Assembly (NCBI GenBank): GCA_964016885.1 | Contig: OZ024750.1 | Location: 1,054,001 to 1,118,000, forward strand | DNA: 64,000 bases | DNA from: Eledone cirrhosa | Lineage: Eukaryota | Reading direction: 5' to 3' | Shown: one piece after another, positions 31,039 through 44,210 of the stretch | Layout of the letters: the number at the start of each line of letters is the position of its first letter | Position numbering within the stretch: position 1 is the first letter of the stretch | Program-made: the position numbers and the translations under genes | The notes under the pieces: generated by a model | The model's input: only the letters and a program-made list of their open reading frames with translations | Databases searched by the model: none | Told to the model about the DNA's origin: nothing

Positions 31039-31650
31039 TCAGGTCACCAGTTGGTGCTACTGGTAACATGTATCCCAGTACAACCTGTCTCATGGTCGGG
31101 TCGTTGGCGACTAAACTGGCAACCCCACCAAGGTTTCTTGGTGAGGAGGGTGACTTTGGACATCCTGCAGGACTAAAAACAAAACCTGTCAAAGGGCAAA
31201 GGAGCTCTTGAGAGTCAATGGCCATCCCAAATCACCGGGAGAGATGACCCCTTAGCCTTTGTCAAGGCAGAATTCTAGGAGAAGGAAAACTCTGATATAA
31301 CACCTGCAACCCTGATGGTATCCAATGATGTTGACTTGTTCTTCTTTTTGGTAAATATCATCTTGGTTAAGAGAGTGGGACTGGCTTTGTGCAGTGCCTT
31401 TGCTCACTATAAAAGCTTCACGGCACAGGCATTGCTTTATATCTGGAGATCTCTCTGCACTTGTCGTCACATGGTACCATGGGCCCAGCACTATGTGTCA
31501 ATAATTGTCACAAGTGTAGTGTTTGTACCAGAGTTTTCAAGTCGCTCGCTGGACTAAAAAGTCACACTCGTTCAGCGCATCGGTAGGAGTTCTCCTACAT
31601 GGATATAAAGTAGTGGCCGTACTCGAAAACGAGTTGGCAGCCACCATTTA
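31039..31650 (+). mobile_element. Non-autonomous RTE-derived element, copy 1, flanked by (TGTA)n
   Basis: About 610 bp. It ends in a C2H2-finger-coding segment, a stem-loop 3' end (gtggccgtactcgaaaacgagttggcagccac) and a (tgta)n tail. Confidence 0.75.
31479..31586 (+). CDS. 35-aa C2H2 zinc-finger micro-ORF (RTE ORF C-terminus remnant); expression unproven
   Basis: accATGg context; MGPALCVNNCHKCSVCTRVFKSLAGLKSHTRSAHR* fits C-x2-C-x3-F-x5-L-x2-H-x4-H. Confidence 0.4.
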   Translation: MGPALCVNNCHKCSVCTRVFKSLAGLKSHTRSAHR

Positions 31651-31715
31651 TGTATGCATGTATGTATGTATGTATGTATGTATGTATGTATGTATGTATG
31701 TATGTATGTATGTAT

Positions 31716-31812
31716 TCATTCTTTCCAGGGATTATGTTGAAAAATGAACTTCATTTGGTCATTCCATGAGAATATATTGCTCAGCCTATGAACTTTTCAG
31801 CCGACCCCCGTA
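31716..31812 (+). mobile_element. Mariner-type MITE family M, 3' half
   Basis: ctttccagggattatgttgaaaaatg...cagcctatgaacttttcagccgacccccgta. Confidence 0.8.
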
Positions 31813-31954
31813 CATGTGTGTATATGTGTAGATGTACAATCACTCATAGTACGTGTATATACGTGTTTAATACACTAGTGTGTGTAGTAAGGTTTTGTAT
31901 ATTTGTGTACGCCGTATTCCTATAAGTGACAGCATGTTCAGTCCAAGAAACATT

Positions 31955-32180
31955 ATTAGAGAATCTTCTAAAGGATCCACAAATCTTCACTGCGCCACTT
32001 AGCGATTGTATGAAGACGATAAGACTCGGTGTCCTTTGTTCTTTCGGGGAAAACCTAACTATTTTCAAGCTTTTATATATCTCTGTTGATACACAGCTCA
32101 TTGCACCTATGGTACCACATAGTAATGAGAATTTATAACCAGGATACAAGAGCTGTAAGTTCCGCATTGGTTCCCATGCT
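31955..32180 (-). mobile_element. R4/Dong-like RLE retrotransposon ORF C-terminal fragment
   Basis: MRNLQLLYPGYKFSLLCGTIGAMSCV...IQSLSGAVKICGSFRRF resembles the RLE C-terminus (..IGAlG..Q...L.GT.KI) and the 30765-30960 fragment. Confidence 0.6.
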
Positions 32181-32246
32181 TACTTTCTTACACATATAGA
32201 TAATAGATCTATGTATGGAAGCATGGATGCGTACGTGATAGTGTAG

Positions 32247-32284
<38 letters not shown>

Positions 32285-32662
32285 CTTGTATCACGAAAGA
32301 TTATATTTTATTTATCCCACTACTGATACATATTGATTATTATCACACATATATACATACATACACATATTCACACATACATACACACACACATACTTAC
32401 GTACATACATACTCACATCGAGCCAACAAGGAAGCTTCTATGTGGTCAACCAGCAAGAAATAGCAACTAAATCTCTATCATAACACACCCTGGGGCAGTA
32501 TATAATGTAGTCCCATTAACAGTGTGGCACGAAATAGTAGGAAATAAGATAAAATAAAGTTGAACGTGGGATAGTGAAACACGATTGGAATGTTTAAAAC
32601 TACAGGTGTGTTCTAATTGAAGTACGTCTGCTACCACAACATCATACATACACCTATGTATG

Positions 32663-32733
32663 CTTGATGACCCTGTGATAAACAGGCGAAACTCCAGAGT
32701 AACAAGACTCACTATTTAGCTTTAATAAAATGA

Positions 32734-32735
<2 letters not shown>
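32663..32735 (+). ncRNA. Hammerhead-bearing repeat family H (small deletion in the 5' core)
   Basis: CTTG[..]ATGA-CCCTGT-gataa-ACAGG-C-GAAA-CTC-ca-GAG-TA-ACAAGA ... AATAAA. Confidence 0.65.
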
Positions 32736-32780
<45 letters not shown>

Positions 32781-32799
32781 TAGATTTATATAGATTTAT

Positions 32800-33363
32800 A
32801 TGGTGGCTGCCAACACGTTTTCGAGTATGGCCACTACTTTATATCCATGTAAGAGACCCCTACCGATGCGCTGAACGAGTGTGACTTTTTAGTCCAGCCA
32901 GCGACTTGAAAACTCTGGTACAAACACTACACTTGTGACAATTATTGACACATAGTGCTGGGCCCATGGTACCTTGTGACGACAAGTGCAGAGAGATCTC
33001 CAGATATAAAGCAATGCCTGTGCCGTGAAGCTTTTATAGTGAGCAAAGGCACTGCACAAAACCAGTCCCACTCTCTTAACCAAGATGATATTTACCAAAA
33101 AGAAGAACAAGTCAACATCATTGGATATCATCAGGGTTGCAGGTGTTATATCAGAGTTTTCCTTCTCCTAGAATTCTGCCTTGACAAAGGCTAAGGGGTC
33201 ATCTCTCCCGGTGATTTTGGATGGCCATTGACTCTTAAGAGCTCCTTTGCCCTTTGACAGGTTTTGTTTTTAGTCCTGCAGGATGTCCAAAGTCACCCTC
33301 CCCACCAAGAAACCTTGGTGGGGTTGCCAGTTTAGTCGCCAACGACCCGACCATGAGACAGGT

Positions 33364-33367
<4 letters not shown>
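32800..33367 (-). mobile_element. Non-autonomous RTE-derived element, copy 2 (inverted relative to copy 1)
   Basis: Near-identical reverse complement of 31079-31647; flanked by (TA)n. Confidence 0.85.
32860..32967 (-). CDS. 35-aa C2H2 zinc-finger micro-ORF, copy 2; expression unproven
   Basis: Same peptide as 31479-31586; the only change within the ORF is synonymous (CTC>CTG). Confidence 0.4.
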   Translation of the reverse strand: MGPALCVNNCHKCSVCTRVFKSLAGLKSHTRSAHR

Positions 33368-33421
<54 letters not shown>

Positions 33422-33982
33422 CACACAGCTTTGTACTGAATGTAGAAATATATTTCATCACGGTCGTCTAAGTTTTGGTTTCAAATCTAACAGATGCCAA
33501 AGTTGTCTTTCACCCTTCCTTGGTCAATAAAATGAAGTACCAGTAAAGTAGTAAAATTAAGTACCAGTAAAGAACTAAAATGAAGTACCAGTAAAGTACT
33601 AAAGTCAATATAATCACCCCTCCCCTAATTGTTGGCCTTGAGCCTGAAGTAGAAATCCTTATCAGACCAGCAATATATTGAACAATCTTACCTCGATCAA
33701 ACCATAGTTTAATTCAATTTTTTATTGGAAATTATCCCAATTTCTAGATAAGCAGCATGTCAGGAAGGATAATAATCTGCAAAGTCTTAATAAAATTTAA
33801 CCCTTTCCTTATATTTCTAATCATAAATATTGCTTATGATTTTCAACTTTTTTTGAAAATAAGAATTTGGAAAGATTTCGTAAAATAACCAATGTTCTCA
33901 CTATAAAGCTTGTTTAGCAAAAGAGGTTCTCTCATAAATATAAACATTTAGAAACACACAGTTTTATACTGTAGAACGAAAT

Positions 33983-34485
33983 GTTCTAGCAGTCTCTGGT
34001 TCTAGCAGTCTCCGGTTCTAGCAGTCTCTGGTTCTAACAGTTTCCGGTTCTAGCAGTCTCTGGTTCTAGTGGTCTCCGGTTCTAGCAGTCTCTGGTTCTA
34101 GCAGTCTCTGGTTCTAGCGGTCTCTGGTTCTAGCAGTCTTCTGTTCTAGCGGTCTATGGTTCTAGCAGTCTCTGGTTCTAGTGGTCTCCGGTTCTAGCAG
34201 TCTCTGGTTCTAGCAGTCTCTGGTTCTAGCAGTCTCTGGTTCTAGCAGTCTCTGGTTCTAGCAGTCTCCGGTTCTAGCAGTCTCTGGTTCTAGCAGTCTC
34301 TGGTTCTAGCGGTCTCTGGTTCTAGCAGTCTCTGGTTCTAGCAGTCTCCGGTTCTAGCAGTCTCTGGTTCTAGCAATCTCAGGTTCTAGCAGTCTCTGGT
34401 TCTAGCAGTCTCTGGTTCTAGCGGTCTCTGGTTCTAGCAGTCTCTGGTTCTAGCAATCTCTGGTTCTAGTGGTCTCTGTTCTAGC
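33983..34485. repeat. 16-bp minisatellite, about 31 units
   Basis: gttctagcagtctc(t/c)g repeated. Confidence 0.97.
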
Positions 34486-35128
34486 TGTTCCAGGCAGTTT
34501 AGTATAAAAAGGGCTTTATTATTTTCTACCTTATTACTAGAATAGTATCCAGTCCAGAAATCGAAATGGTGGTGGTGCTGGGGAATGAGAGAAGAGGAGC
34601 AGGGGACATACGCAGGGAGATAGTATTCGCCTTCTTTTATATGCAGGTGGTGGATTTTATAGTGTCTTCCATACTTTCCTTCCATTCTTTCCTTCCATGC
34701 CTCAACCTCACAGACCTTAGCGTAGGCCCAGCTCCTCCCCAAAATCCAGTTCCATCACTGCTCTTGTCCAAATAGATAATTAAAATAATCTAACCAGGAA
34801 GAGATAAATACATAGATTCATATATTCTGATTCTGTCGCCAAATTGTGTTAAACATTCATGAAAGATTTAGTTGAAAAATTATAAATTCTTTACAATGAA
34901 CATTTTCTAAACAGGTTGAAATATTTATAAATATGGCAACATTCTTCATTGAAAGGTGCTTTTTATTCCATTGATATCCATGTGTTCTCGGTCTTAGAAA
35001 CACACACTCAGAGGCACATACATTCACTCTCACAGACAGACATACACACAAAACAGCCCCAAGACGAAAATAAAAGGAAAACGAAAACAAAAAAGAAACA
35101 AGCACATAACAAATAAAAATAAACAAAA

Positions 35129-35211
<83 letters not shown>

Positions 35212-35578
35212 ACATATGTACCCACAAACATACATATACATAATTTATTACTCTTATCTGTTAAGTTAAAAATATTCATGTAACATTCTTCTGGTTAATT
35301 AAGATCATACCTTGATATACAACATCTTAATTATAATAAAAACCAAACCAGTCTTCACTCCATTATCTTTTTAGGTGGTTTTCATTAAAAATCTACTTAA
35401 TTTTTCTTGTATTTAGTGGTTTTATTAAGGTAAAGTAAAAACTTAGTGAATTTTGTTTTAAAACACACATACACAGAAAAACACATACACATAAATGCAC
35501 ACATACACACATAAAACACACATACACATAAAAATACACACACATACACATAAAGACACATGTGGTTTTGTTTGTTCC

Positions 35579-35716
35579 TCACAGGGTCATCAGATCAGAT
35601 TGTAAGAACTACTCCAGAGTAACAAGACTCCCTATTTAGCTTTAATAAAATGAATATTACAACTCTACATCAGTATTGAGTACTCTTTTCTCTCAGCCGT
35701 CAACCACATACGAATA
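35579..35716. repeat. Family H remnant with an inverted 5' piece
   Basis: tcacagggtcatcaga (reverse complement of tctgatgaccctgtga) followed by forward actccagagtaacaagactc...aataaaatgaatattacaactctac. Confidence 0.7.
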
Positions 35717-35939
35717 TATATATATATATCCGTATGTGTGTGTGTGTCTGTGCATTATGACGTTCCTCAGTGGCCCTTTATCGACCCCGGATGGATGAAA
35801 GAGAGAAAGGGAAATTTTTCTCTGTGGGTTCTAATACATAAAGACACTTTGTCCAACCATTTCTTTAACGACTCGATAGAAATTAAACACCGCTAGTAAT
35901 TAAATCAGATATTTTCGGGTGTTCCGTGTTCTAACCCTT

Positions 35940-36240
35940 CTTGTTCTTCTTCTTCGCCCACTTATTCCTGAGAGGGTCGTACGAGCAGAGTCCTCTAATA
36001 CTCCTTCCAGCGGGTCCTGTCAAAAGCAACCGTCTCCAACAGATCCGGGTGGATCTCCAAGTGAGACCAGCCAAGCTCGGGCTCTACCCCCGAGTCTTCT
36101 GCCAGTTGGTTTTGCCCATAAAATATGTCCAGAGATTCTTTCCTGAGACATTCTAGCCACATGTCCATAGTGTTAGAACTATGTCTCCGAATCTCTCACT
36201 TCGGAGACGTGGTGGCTCAGTCTGGAGCGACTCTCTGTCT
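35940..36240 (-). mobile_element. RTE-clade LINE 3' fragment
   Basis: Minus strand translates as YGHVARMSQERISGHILWAKPTGRRLGGRARAW, the GHV.RM...G.R..GR motif of RTE ORF ends. Confidence 0.75.
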
Positions 36241-36600
36241 TTTAACTATTTCTTAAAAGTGTTTGTTTCTAATTTCTGTCTTTCGTTTCATTTCCTTATA
36301 TTCCATGTTTTGTAGTCCACAACACATCGAAGATTAGGAAATAGGCCGGAAAATAGATATCAAACAAGATCAACAAAGGAAGATGACTGTTAATACACAC
36401 ATACATACATACGTGTATATATACATACATACATACGTGTATATATACATACATACATACGTGTATATATACATACATACATACGTGTATATATACATAC
36501 ATACATACGTGTATATATATATACACACATGCCTTCACACATACATACATATATACATATAAGCATGCATGTATTCATGCATACATACATATATGCAAAC

Positions 36601-36636
<36 letters not shown>

Positions 36637-36681
36637 GAGTCCAGAATTAGCCGTCGAAACGGCTTGAGCTCAGCCGTCGTT

Positions 36682-36753
<72 letters not shown>

Positions 36754-36782
36754 TATATACATATACATATATATATATATAC

Positions 36783-36821
<39 letters not shown>

Positions 36822-36887
36822 AGAACTCTCTCATATACACACACACACACATACACACACACATGTATATATATATATATATATACG

Positions 36888-36936
<49 letters not shown>

Positions 36937-37189
36937 GTATATACACAAGAACTCTCTATCTTTCTGTCTCTCTCACACACAAGGTCTATATACACAAGGT
37001 CTATATACACACAATGTCTATATATACAAGGTCTATATACACACAATGTCTATATATACAAGGTCTATATACACACAGAGTACTAAATAGCCTCCTTAAT
37101 ACTCCTCAATAAACACAACAGGAAATGTTTATTATATAAACATTCTTGAACACGTCAGGCATTGTATGTTTCTATTTAGAGTATGTATA

Positions 37190-37985
37190 CTCACATACAC
37201 ACACTCATATATACATATATATACATATATATATACATATATACACACACACACTATCTCTTATATACATATATATATATATACACTCACATACACACTC
37301 TATATCTTATATCTATACACACACATATATATATATACATATATATACACACACATACACACACTATCTCTTATATATACACATATATATATACATATAT
37401 ATACACTCACATACACACACTATCTCTTATATATATATATTCATATATACACTCACATATACACACTATCTCTTATATACACACATATATATATACACAC
37501 ACATACACACACTATCTCTTATATACACACATATATACATATATATACACTCACATACACACACTATCTCTTATATATATATATACATATATATACACAC
37601 ACATACACACACTATCTCTTATATACATACCTATATATACACACACATACACACACTATCTCTTATATACACACATATATATATACATATATATACACTC
37701 ACATACACACACTATCTCTTATATATATATACATATATATATACACACACATACACACACTATCTCTTATATACATACATATATATACACACACATACAC
37801 ACACTATCTCTTATATACACACATATATACATATATATACACTCACATACACACACTATCTCTTATATATATATATACATATATACACTCACATACACAC
37901 ACTATCTCTTATATACACACACATACATATATATATATATATGTATATACATATATATACACTCACATACACACACAAACACTCA
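37190..37985. repeat. Minisatellite built from microsatellite blocks (about 40-bp variable unit)
   Basis: A recurrent anchor, cacatacacacactatctcttatata, is separated by variable (TA)/(CA) runs. Confidence 0.92.
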
Positions 37986-38284
37986 TACTCTCTCTTAAAT
38001 AGATACAAATACACACGCATACACATGTAAACAGTCACATACTCTCTCTCTTAAATATATACACACATACACGGCGTACGCGCACACACACATACACACA
38101 AGTAGGTACATTGATACTGCCATGTTGTACCTATACAAGTATGTAGTATATTTCTGTAGTGGGTTCGTCTGTTAGTCGTAGCCCCGACTACCTGTTGAGA
38201 GCCTGCTACATTCCCATTAAATATCTCGCCTCTGTAAACTGAAACTGCAATACTGATTCCATTGGCGTAAACCTACTATATATA

Positions 38285-38320
38285 GCACACACATACACAC
38301 ACACACAGACACACACACAG

Positions 38321-38391
<71 letters not shown>

Positions 38392-38405
38392 CACATACAC
38401 ACACA

Positions 38406-38444
<39 letters not shown>

Positions 38445-38689
38445 ACACACACAGACACACACACACACACACACACACAGACACACACACACACACACAG
38501 AGACACACACACACACACAGACACACACACACACAGACACACACACACACAGACATACACACACACACAGAGACACACACACACACACAGACACACACAC
38601 ACACACACACAGACACACACACACACAGACACACACACACACACAGAGACACACACACACACACACACACAGACACACACACACACACA

Positions 38690-38746
<57 letters not shown>

Positions 38747-38950
38747 ACACACACACACAGAGACACACACACACACACAGACACACACACACACACACAC
38801 AGACACACACACACACAGACATACAGACACACACATGCACACAGACACACTCACAGACACACACACAGACAAACACAGACACACATAGACACAAACAGAC
38901 ACATATACAGACAGGCAGACGCACACAACGCATACACACACATACACATA
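38285..38950. repeat. (CA)n/(CAGA) compound microsatellite
   Basis: Read directly. Confidence 0.97.
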
Positions 38951-38981
38951 TGTATCTATCTACGTATGTATGTATTTATGC

Positions 38982-39021
<40 letters not shown>

Positions 39022-39046
39022 ACATAGAGACCTATGTATACCTGCA

Positions 39047-39146
<100 letters not shown>

Positions 39147-39183
39147 TAAACACATACAGACCTATGTATGTATGTATACCTGC

Positions 39184-39221
<38 letters not shown>

Positions 39222-39832
39222 AAGAAAGTGTGGTAAGGAACCAGGTGGACCATAACGCACCAGAGTACTCAATAGTTAGGGTAGTGGAGTGTACATATTT
39301 ATAGTTGATAAATGAAACAAACACAGGGATGTAAAAATACAAAGTCATATTAGGTTAACACTTCTACATACCCGCATACCCGTATGTTTATGTATATATG
39401 TATGTGTTATATAGTTACATTTATTTGTCTATTTATACACAGCGACGAGATAGAGTTTCGTTAGTTGCAACTGTAGAAACATCAGAAGAGGTACACGTGT
39501 ATTTGCAAGTAGATCACAAAATAGAATCATCACCTCTTCATTTTCGCGGGTAAAGTTGAATATCGTATTGTAGGGGAGATAAGTCTAGTTGATTGGGATT
39601 TCTAAAGAGGGCAACGTGTTGATCAGAGACCGGAACAATTAGTGTTTCAAGTATAATTTAATAGTGAAAGGTGAATTAATTAAACTCCTTTCTTTAAACA
39701 GATCGACAATATTGAGGTGTATGAATGAATTATACATATTTTTATATACAGGTAAAATTATTATTATATATCCTTGCAATTCTTTCGATATATATATATA
39801 TAATATATATATAATATATATATATATATAAA

Positions 39833-40046
39833 CACGAGGGTCGGTTGAAAAGTGCACAAGTTGACTATGAAGAATTCATGCTAGAGCTGAGAAATCTTGC
39901 ATGTTTTAATTTAAACTCTTCTTATTAATAACTGCATTGTTTCTTTCCATTATATTGAAAAATAAACCCCATTTGGTCATTCCACGAGAGTATCTTGATC
40001 AGACTATGAACTTTCCAGCCTATAAACTTTTTAGTCGAGCCTCATA
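39833..40046 (+). mobile_element. Mariner-type MITE family M
   Basis: cacgagggtcggttgaaaagt ... cagcctataaactttttagtcgagcctcata. Confidence 0.82.
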
Positions 40047-40569
40047 TGATATTGTGATGTTTTATATAGTGTAGTTTATATAAAAGGGTATTACAGGTAT
40101 ACAGGTATATAAGAGGGTATTACAGGTATACAGGTATATAAGAGGGTATACAGGTATACAGGTATATAAGAGGGTATACAGGTATATAAGAGTATTCTAC
40201 TTGTATTTTGAACTTTTATTATTTTGTTTTCGCTTCACTTTTATATTTCTATAAAAGATTGTGTGAAATGTTAAGACGGAGTCTTTGTAATGTCGTAAGA
40301 ATGTCGGATAGAATGTTTTATATTAGTTCAACTTTGCCTTCCATTCCTTCACATCAATAAATAACGATAACAGTAAAATACTGGGGTCGAATTGTCTTCT
40401 CTCTCCCATTAACCTCTCAGAAGTTGAGGACCCAACAAAGATAGGGGTACCAAACTTTAAACTTAGAGACCCCCCACCCTCCAATAAGAACTGATATATT
40501 GATAATTTATAGCTAGACTAAATAAATGATCTCCCCTCTCTCTCTATCTATCTATCTCTCTATATATAT

Positions 40570-40742
40570 AGTCGATCAACTTTCGTCGAATCGGACCGAG
40601 GAAACAATGTTTCCATTTATCTTTCCAATTGCGAATACTTTCTCCAGGTAAAAGGAGCAACGTGAAATAAAGTGTCTTGCTCAAGGACATGACGCATCAC
40701 GCGGAATCCAACTCTCTAACTACTCAGCCACGTGCCTTCACT
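40570..40742 (-). mobile_element. Second SINE family (CORE-like segment); another copy at 55620-55805
   Basis: Both loci share gtcgatcaactttc.tc.aatcggaccgaggaa.caatgtttcc...ggagcaacgtgaaataaagtgtcttgctcaaggaca. The minus strand tgtccttgagcaagacacttt resembles a CORE/V-type SINE core. Confidence 0.7.
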
Positions 40743-41539
40743 AATTACAGGTACACAGGTATATAAATTATGGGTGTATAGGTAGACATCATCATATATA
40801 TTAACATCAAAGCAGTAGACCCCTCCACCCCCCGCAACCTCCATCATGCAATAAATATAACCCCCCCCGTTATTTATTTTTTATGGGGTTTCAATAAACA
40901 AATAAATAAAATATTGAATAATTAGTCACAAACTAAATGTAGAAGTAACTAGCACTAGTCCTCATCGTTGTCATGAACAACACCTCCATCACCACCATCA
41001 CCATCACCATCACCACCATCACCACCACCACCACCATCACCACCATCACCATCACCACTATCACCATCACCACCATCACCACCTCCATCACCATCACCAT
41101 CACCACCATCACCACCACCACCACCATCACCACCATCACCACCACCACTATCACCACCACCATTATAATCATCAGCAAAAAGAGTGATTTTAATATTTAC
41201 TGTATCAACATCAACAACATCACCATCAGCACCATCATCATCGTTATCAACAAATATCGATCTCATAGCCATTATCAACGTGTGCGCACACGTACACACA
41301 TACACACACATCTACACACACGCATGCACACACGCATACGTAAACGCAAACACACACACACACACACTGACACCCCCGCACACCCATCCACACACACACT
41401 GACACCCCCACACACCCATCCACACACACACTGACATACACCCACACACACACACTGACAAGCACACATACACGCAGAAGCACGCACGCAGAATAAGTGA
41501 GGTGAGGAAATATGATATAAATAAAGGTGGTCTGCCTAC

Positions 41540-41760
41540 CTTAAGAATTGAGTATTGTACGACGCAGGTATAGGGTTCGATCGCACAGCACGTAATGGCT
41601 GTCTGACAGGTGATATCACAAGCTCCTGGTGTCGTTTCTTCCGTTTAATAGACGATAAGGTTCGTCGGAGACTACCCAACTTTGCACGGAATGAACTTTC
41701 CTCCGGTGTAAACGTATTCAGTTCCAGAAGAGACCCTCCAAGTGTTGATTTTTTATCCAT
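41540..41760 (-). CDS. Probable first coding exon of an unidentified host gene (73 codons plus a phase-2 intron)
   Basis: tttaccATGgat Kozak context; normal-complexity peptide MDKKSTLGGSLLELNTFTPEESSFRAKLGSLRRTLSSIKRKKRHQELVISPVRQPLRAVRSNPIPASYNTQFL(R); the ORF stop coincides with the donor AG|GTAGGC; no TE motif recognised. Confidence 0.65.
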
Positions 41761-42089
41761 GGTAAACGAAGTTTTAAGAAACTTCGTTAAGCTTCTACTT
41801 AAGATATTTCTTCAGTTTTAACGAGAGAGAAGAAGAGCGAAGAAGGGATGCCCAGGCGGTCGTCTGCTTATTTTTCGAAAGTCTATTATATTATTATAGT
41901 AATTGCAAATCTCCGCTTCTCTATCATCGCTCGTTTCCGTCTTTCTTGAGTGTTGTTTGTTATGTTTTGTGAAAGCATGCAGTAAGTATTTCTCTTCCCT
42001 TCTCCCTCTTTCTCTCTTTTTCTATATAAGCATATGATATATATATATTATATGCAGTTATATATAAACCACACTGCACAACATAGATA

Positions 42090-42127
<38 letters not shown>

Positions 42128-42244
42128 TGTGTGTGTGTGTGTGTCGCACGGTCAGTCAGTCAAACTCACTATCTCTATCCCTTTTTTTCTTCTCTCTCAT
42201 ATATACGCATAGTAAAAACACCATATATATATATATATACTCCT

Positions 42245-42306
<62 letters not shown>

Positions 42307-42311
42307 AGTAT

Positions 42312-42387
<76 letters not shown>

Positions 42388-43586
42388 GTATGTGTATATA
42401 AATATATATATAAATATATATATATAATATAAATATAAATATAAATATATATATATATATGTCAAATCAGTGCAAGTGGTGGGAACTGTAACAGTTGAGT
42501 GCTTGTTAGTAACCCATCAAAATTACAGAGGCTCTTAGGTCGCTTCTTAAATTCGAACGCACATACATACACACACACTACCTCACACACGCACAGCCAA
42601 ACACACACACTTACTAGACAGCCGCTGAGTGTGGTCTTAACGAACAAAAACAAAGCAACTGAAGAGCAGACTTGGGCGAAACTGCATAGAAAGTGGCTAG
42701 GAGAACCACGCTATGATAAGCGTTACTTGAACACTTAACATTACGGTGCTGCCTTCTTTTCGCTACGTTTTCGCTACGATCTTCCTTATATTCTACCTTC
42801 TCGCAGACTCTCACTCATTCAAGTTCGCCATACCAAAAACGATATGAAGTCCTTATCACAGATGAATATTTAGCTCATTTCTCTAATTTGCACTCCTACC
42901 ACATCCTCTTCCTTCTCCTCTTTGTTGTTATTGTTATTCTTGTTGTTGTTTTTCTACTTCTTCCCCTCCTTCTCCTCCTCTCCCCCCTCTCTTAATATCT
43001 GATTTACCATTTCTACAGCATTCTTCATATATGCTACAGTGCTGCTTCACTCTCTCTCTCTCTCTCTCACACACTCCCCATCTCTCTCACTCTCTCTCTC
43101 CCTCTCTCACACTCCCCATCTCTCTCACTCCCTCTCTCACACACTCCCCATTTCTCCCTCTCTCACACTCCCCATCTCTCTCACTCTCTCTCACTCTCCC
43201 ACTCTCTCTCACTCAAATCTCTCTATCCCTCCTCTCATATTTTATCTCACTTCTCATTTCCTACTCTTTCTCTCTTTCTTTCTCTCTTCCTTTCTTTCTC
43301 TCTCTCTCTTTCTCTCTGTCTCTATTTTTCTGTCTATTCTTCTTCCTTTTCAACTTTATCTCTCTCACATTTACATTCTCTCACATAAAACAAGTAGAAC
43401 TATCAGAGACACGTGGTCCCCCCCCCCCTCTGACTGTCTGTCAATCTCTGTCCTCTCTCTATCCTTCTCTCGCTCTTTCCCACTCCTGCCCCTCTCTCTC
43501 TACTTCTGACTGTCAACCTCTCTCTATGTATATATCTATATGATTATATGCATATATTTGTGTGAGTATATATATATATATATCAC

Positions 43587-43817
<231 letters not shown>

Positions 43818-44093
43818 ATTATTATTATATTATATATATAAATAAATGGTTGTTATTGAAATATAAGTTTCGCCTGTGGCTGGTCACTCTGTTCCAGGTG
43901 TAGAGTTCTGTACGAAATGTTTGCAGCTAGTATAACATATACCAGTTCATATTTTACAACAATTACATTATGTATGCATACACACACGCCGTACAACCTC
44001 CCCACACACATATATAACAAAGGAAATGTGGTAAGGAACCAGATGGACCATAACGCACCAGAGTACTCAATACTTAGGGTAGTAGAGTGGGAA

Positions 44094-44210
44094 ATAGGAA
44101 AAAGTATGACCCCGACGGCAGAGCTCAAGCCGTTTCGACGGCTATTTCTAGTCCAGAAATAGCCGTCGAAACGGCTTGAGCTCTGCCGTCGGGGTCATAC
44201 TTTTTCCTAT
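44094..44210. repeat. Perfect palindrome with 56-bp arms and a 5-nt loop
   Basis: 44094-44149 is the exact reverse complement of 44155-44210; related sequence occurs at 36634-36686 and 39216-39291. Confidence 0.95.

Noticed and set aside
34434-34775. 102-aa minus-strand ORF as a second exon of the 41.5-kb gene
   Set aside because: It has no convincing splice sites or recognisable domain, and it runs into the 16-bp minisatellite.
37190-37985. Constant anchor with variable spacers
   Set aside because: The spacers are only length variants of (TA)/(CA) runs, consistent with slippage in a minisatellite.
42659-42695. CTGAAGA-GC...GC-GAAA hammerhead-like string
   Set aside because: Stem II is only 2 bp and stems I and III do not form. 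Similar partial hits at 23570-23600 (-), 55322-55355 and 60567 were rejected for the same reason.
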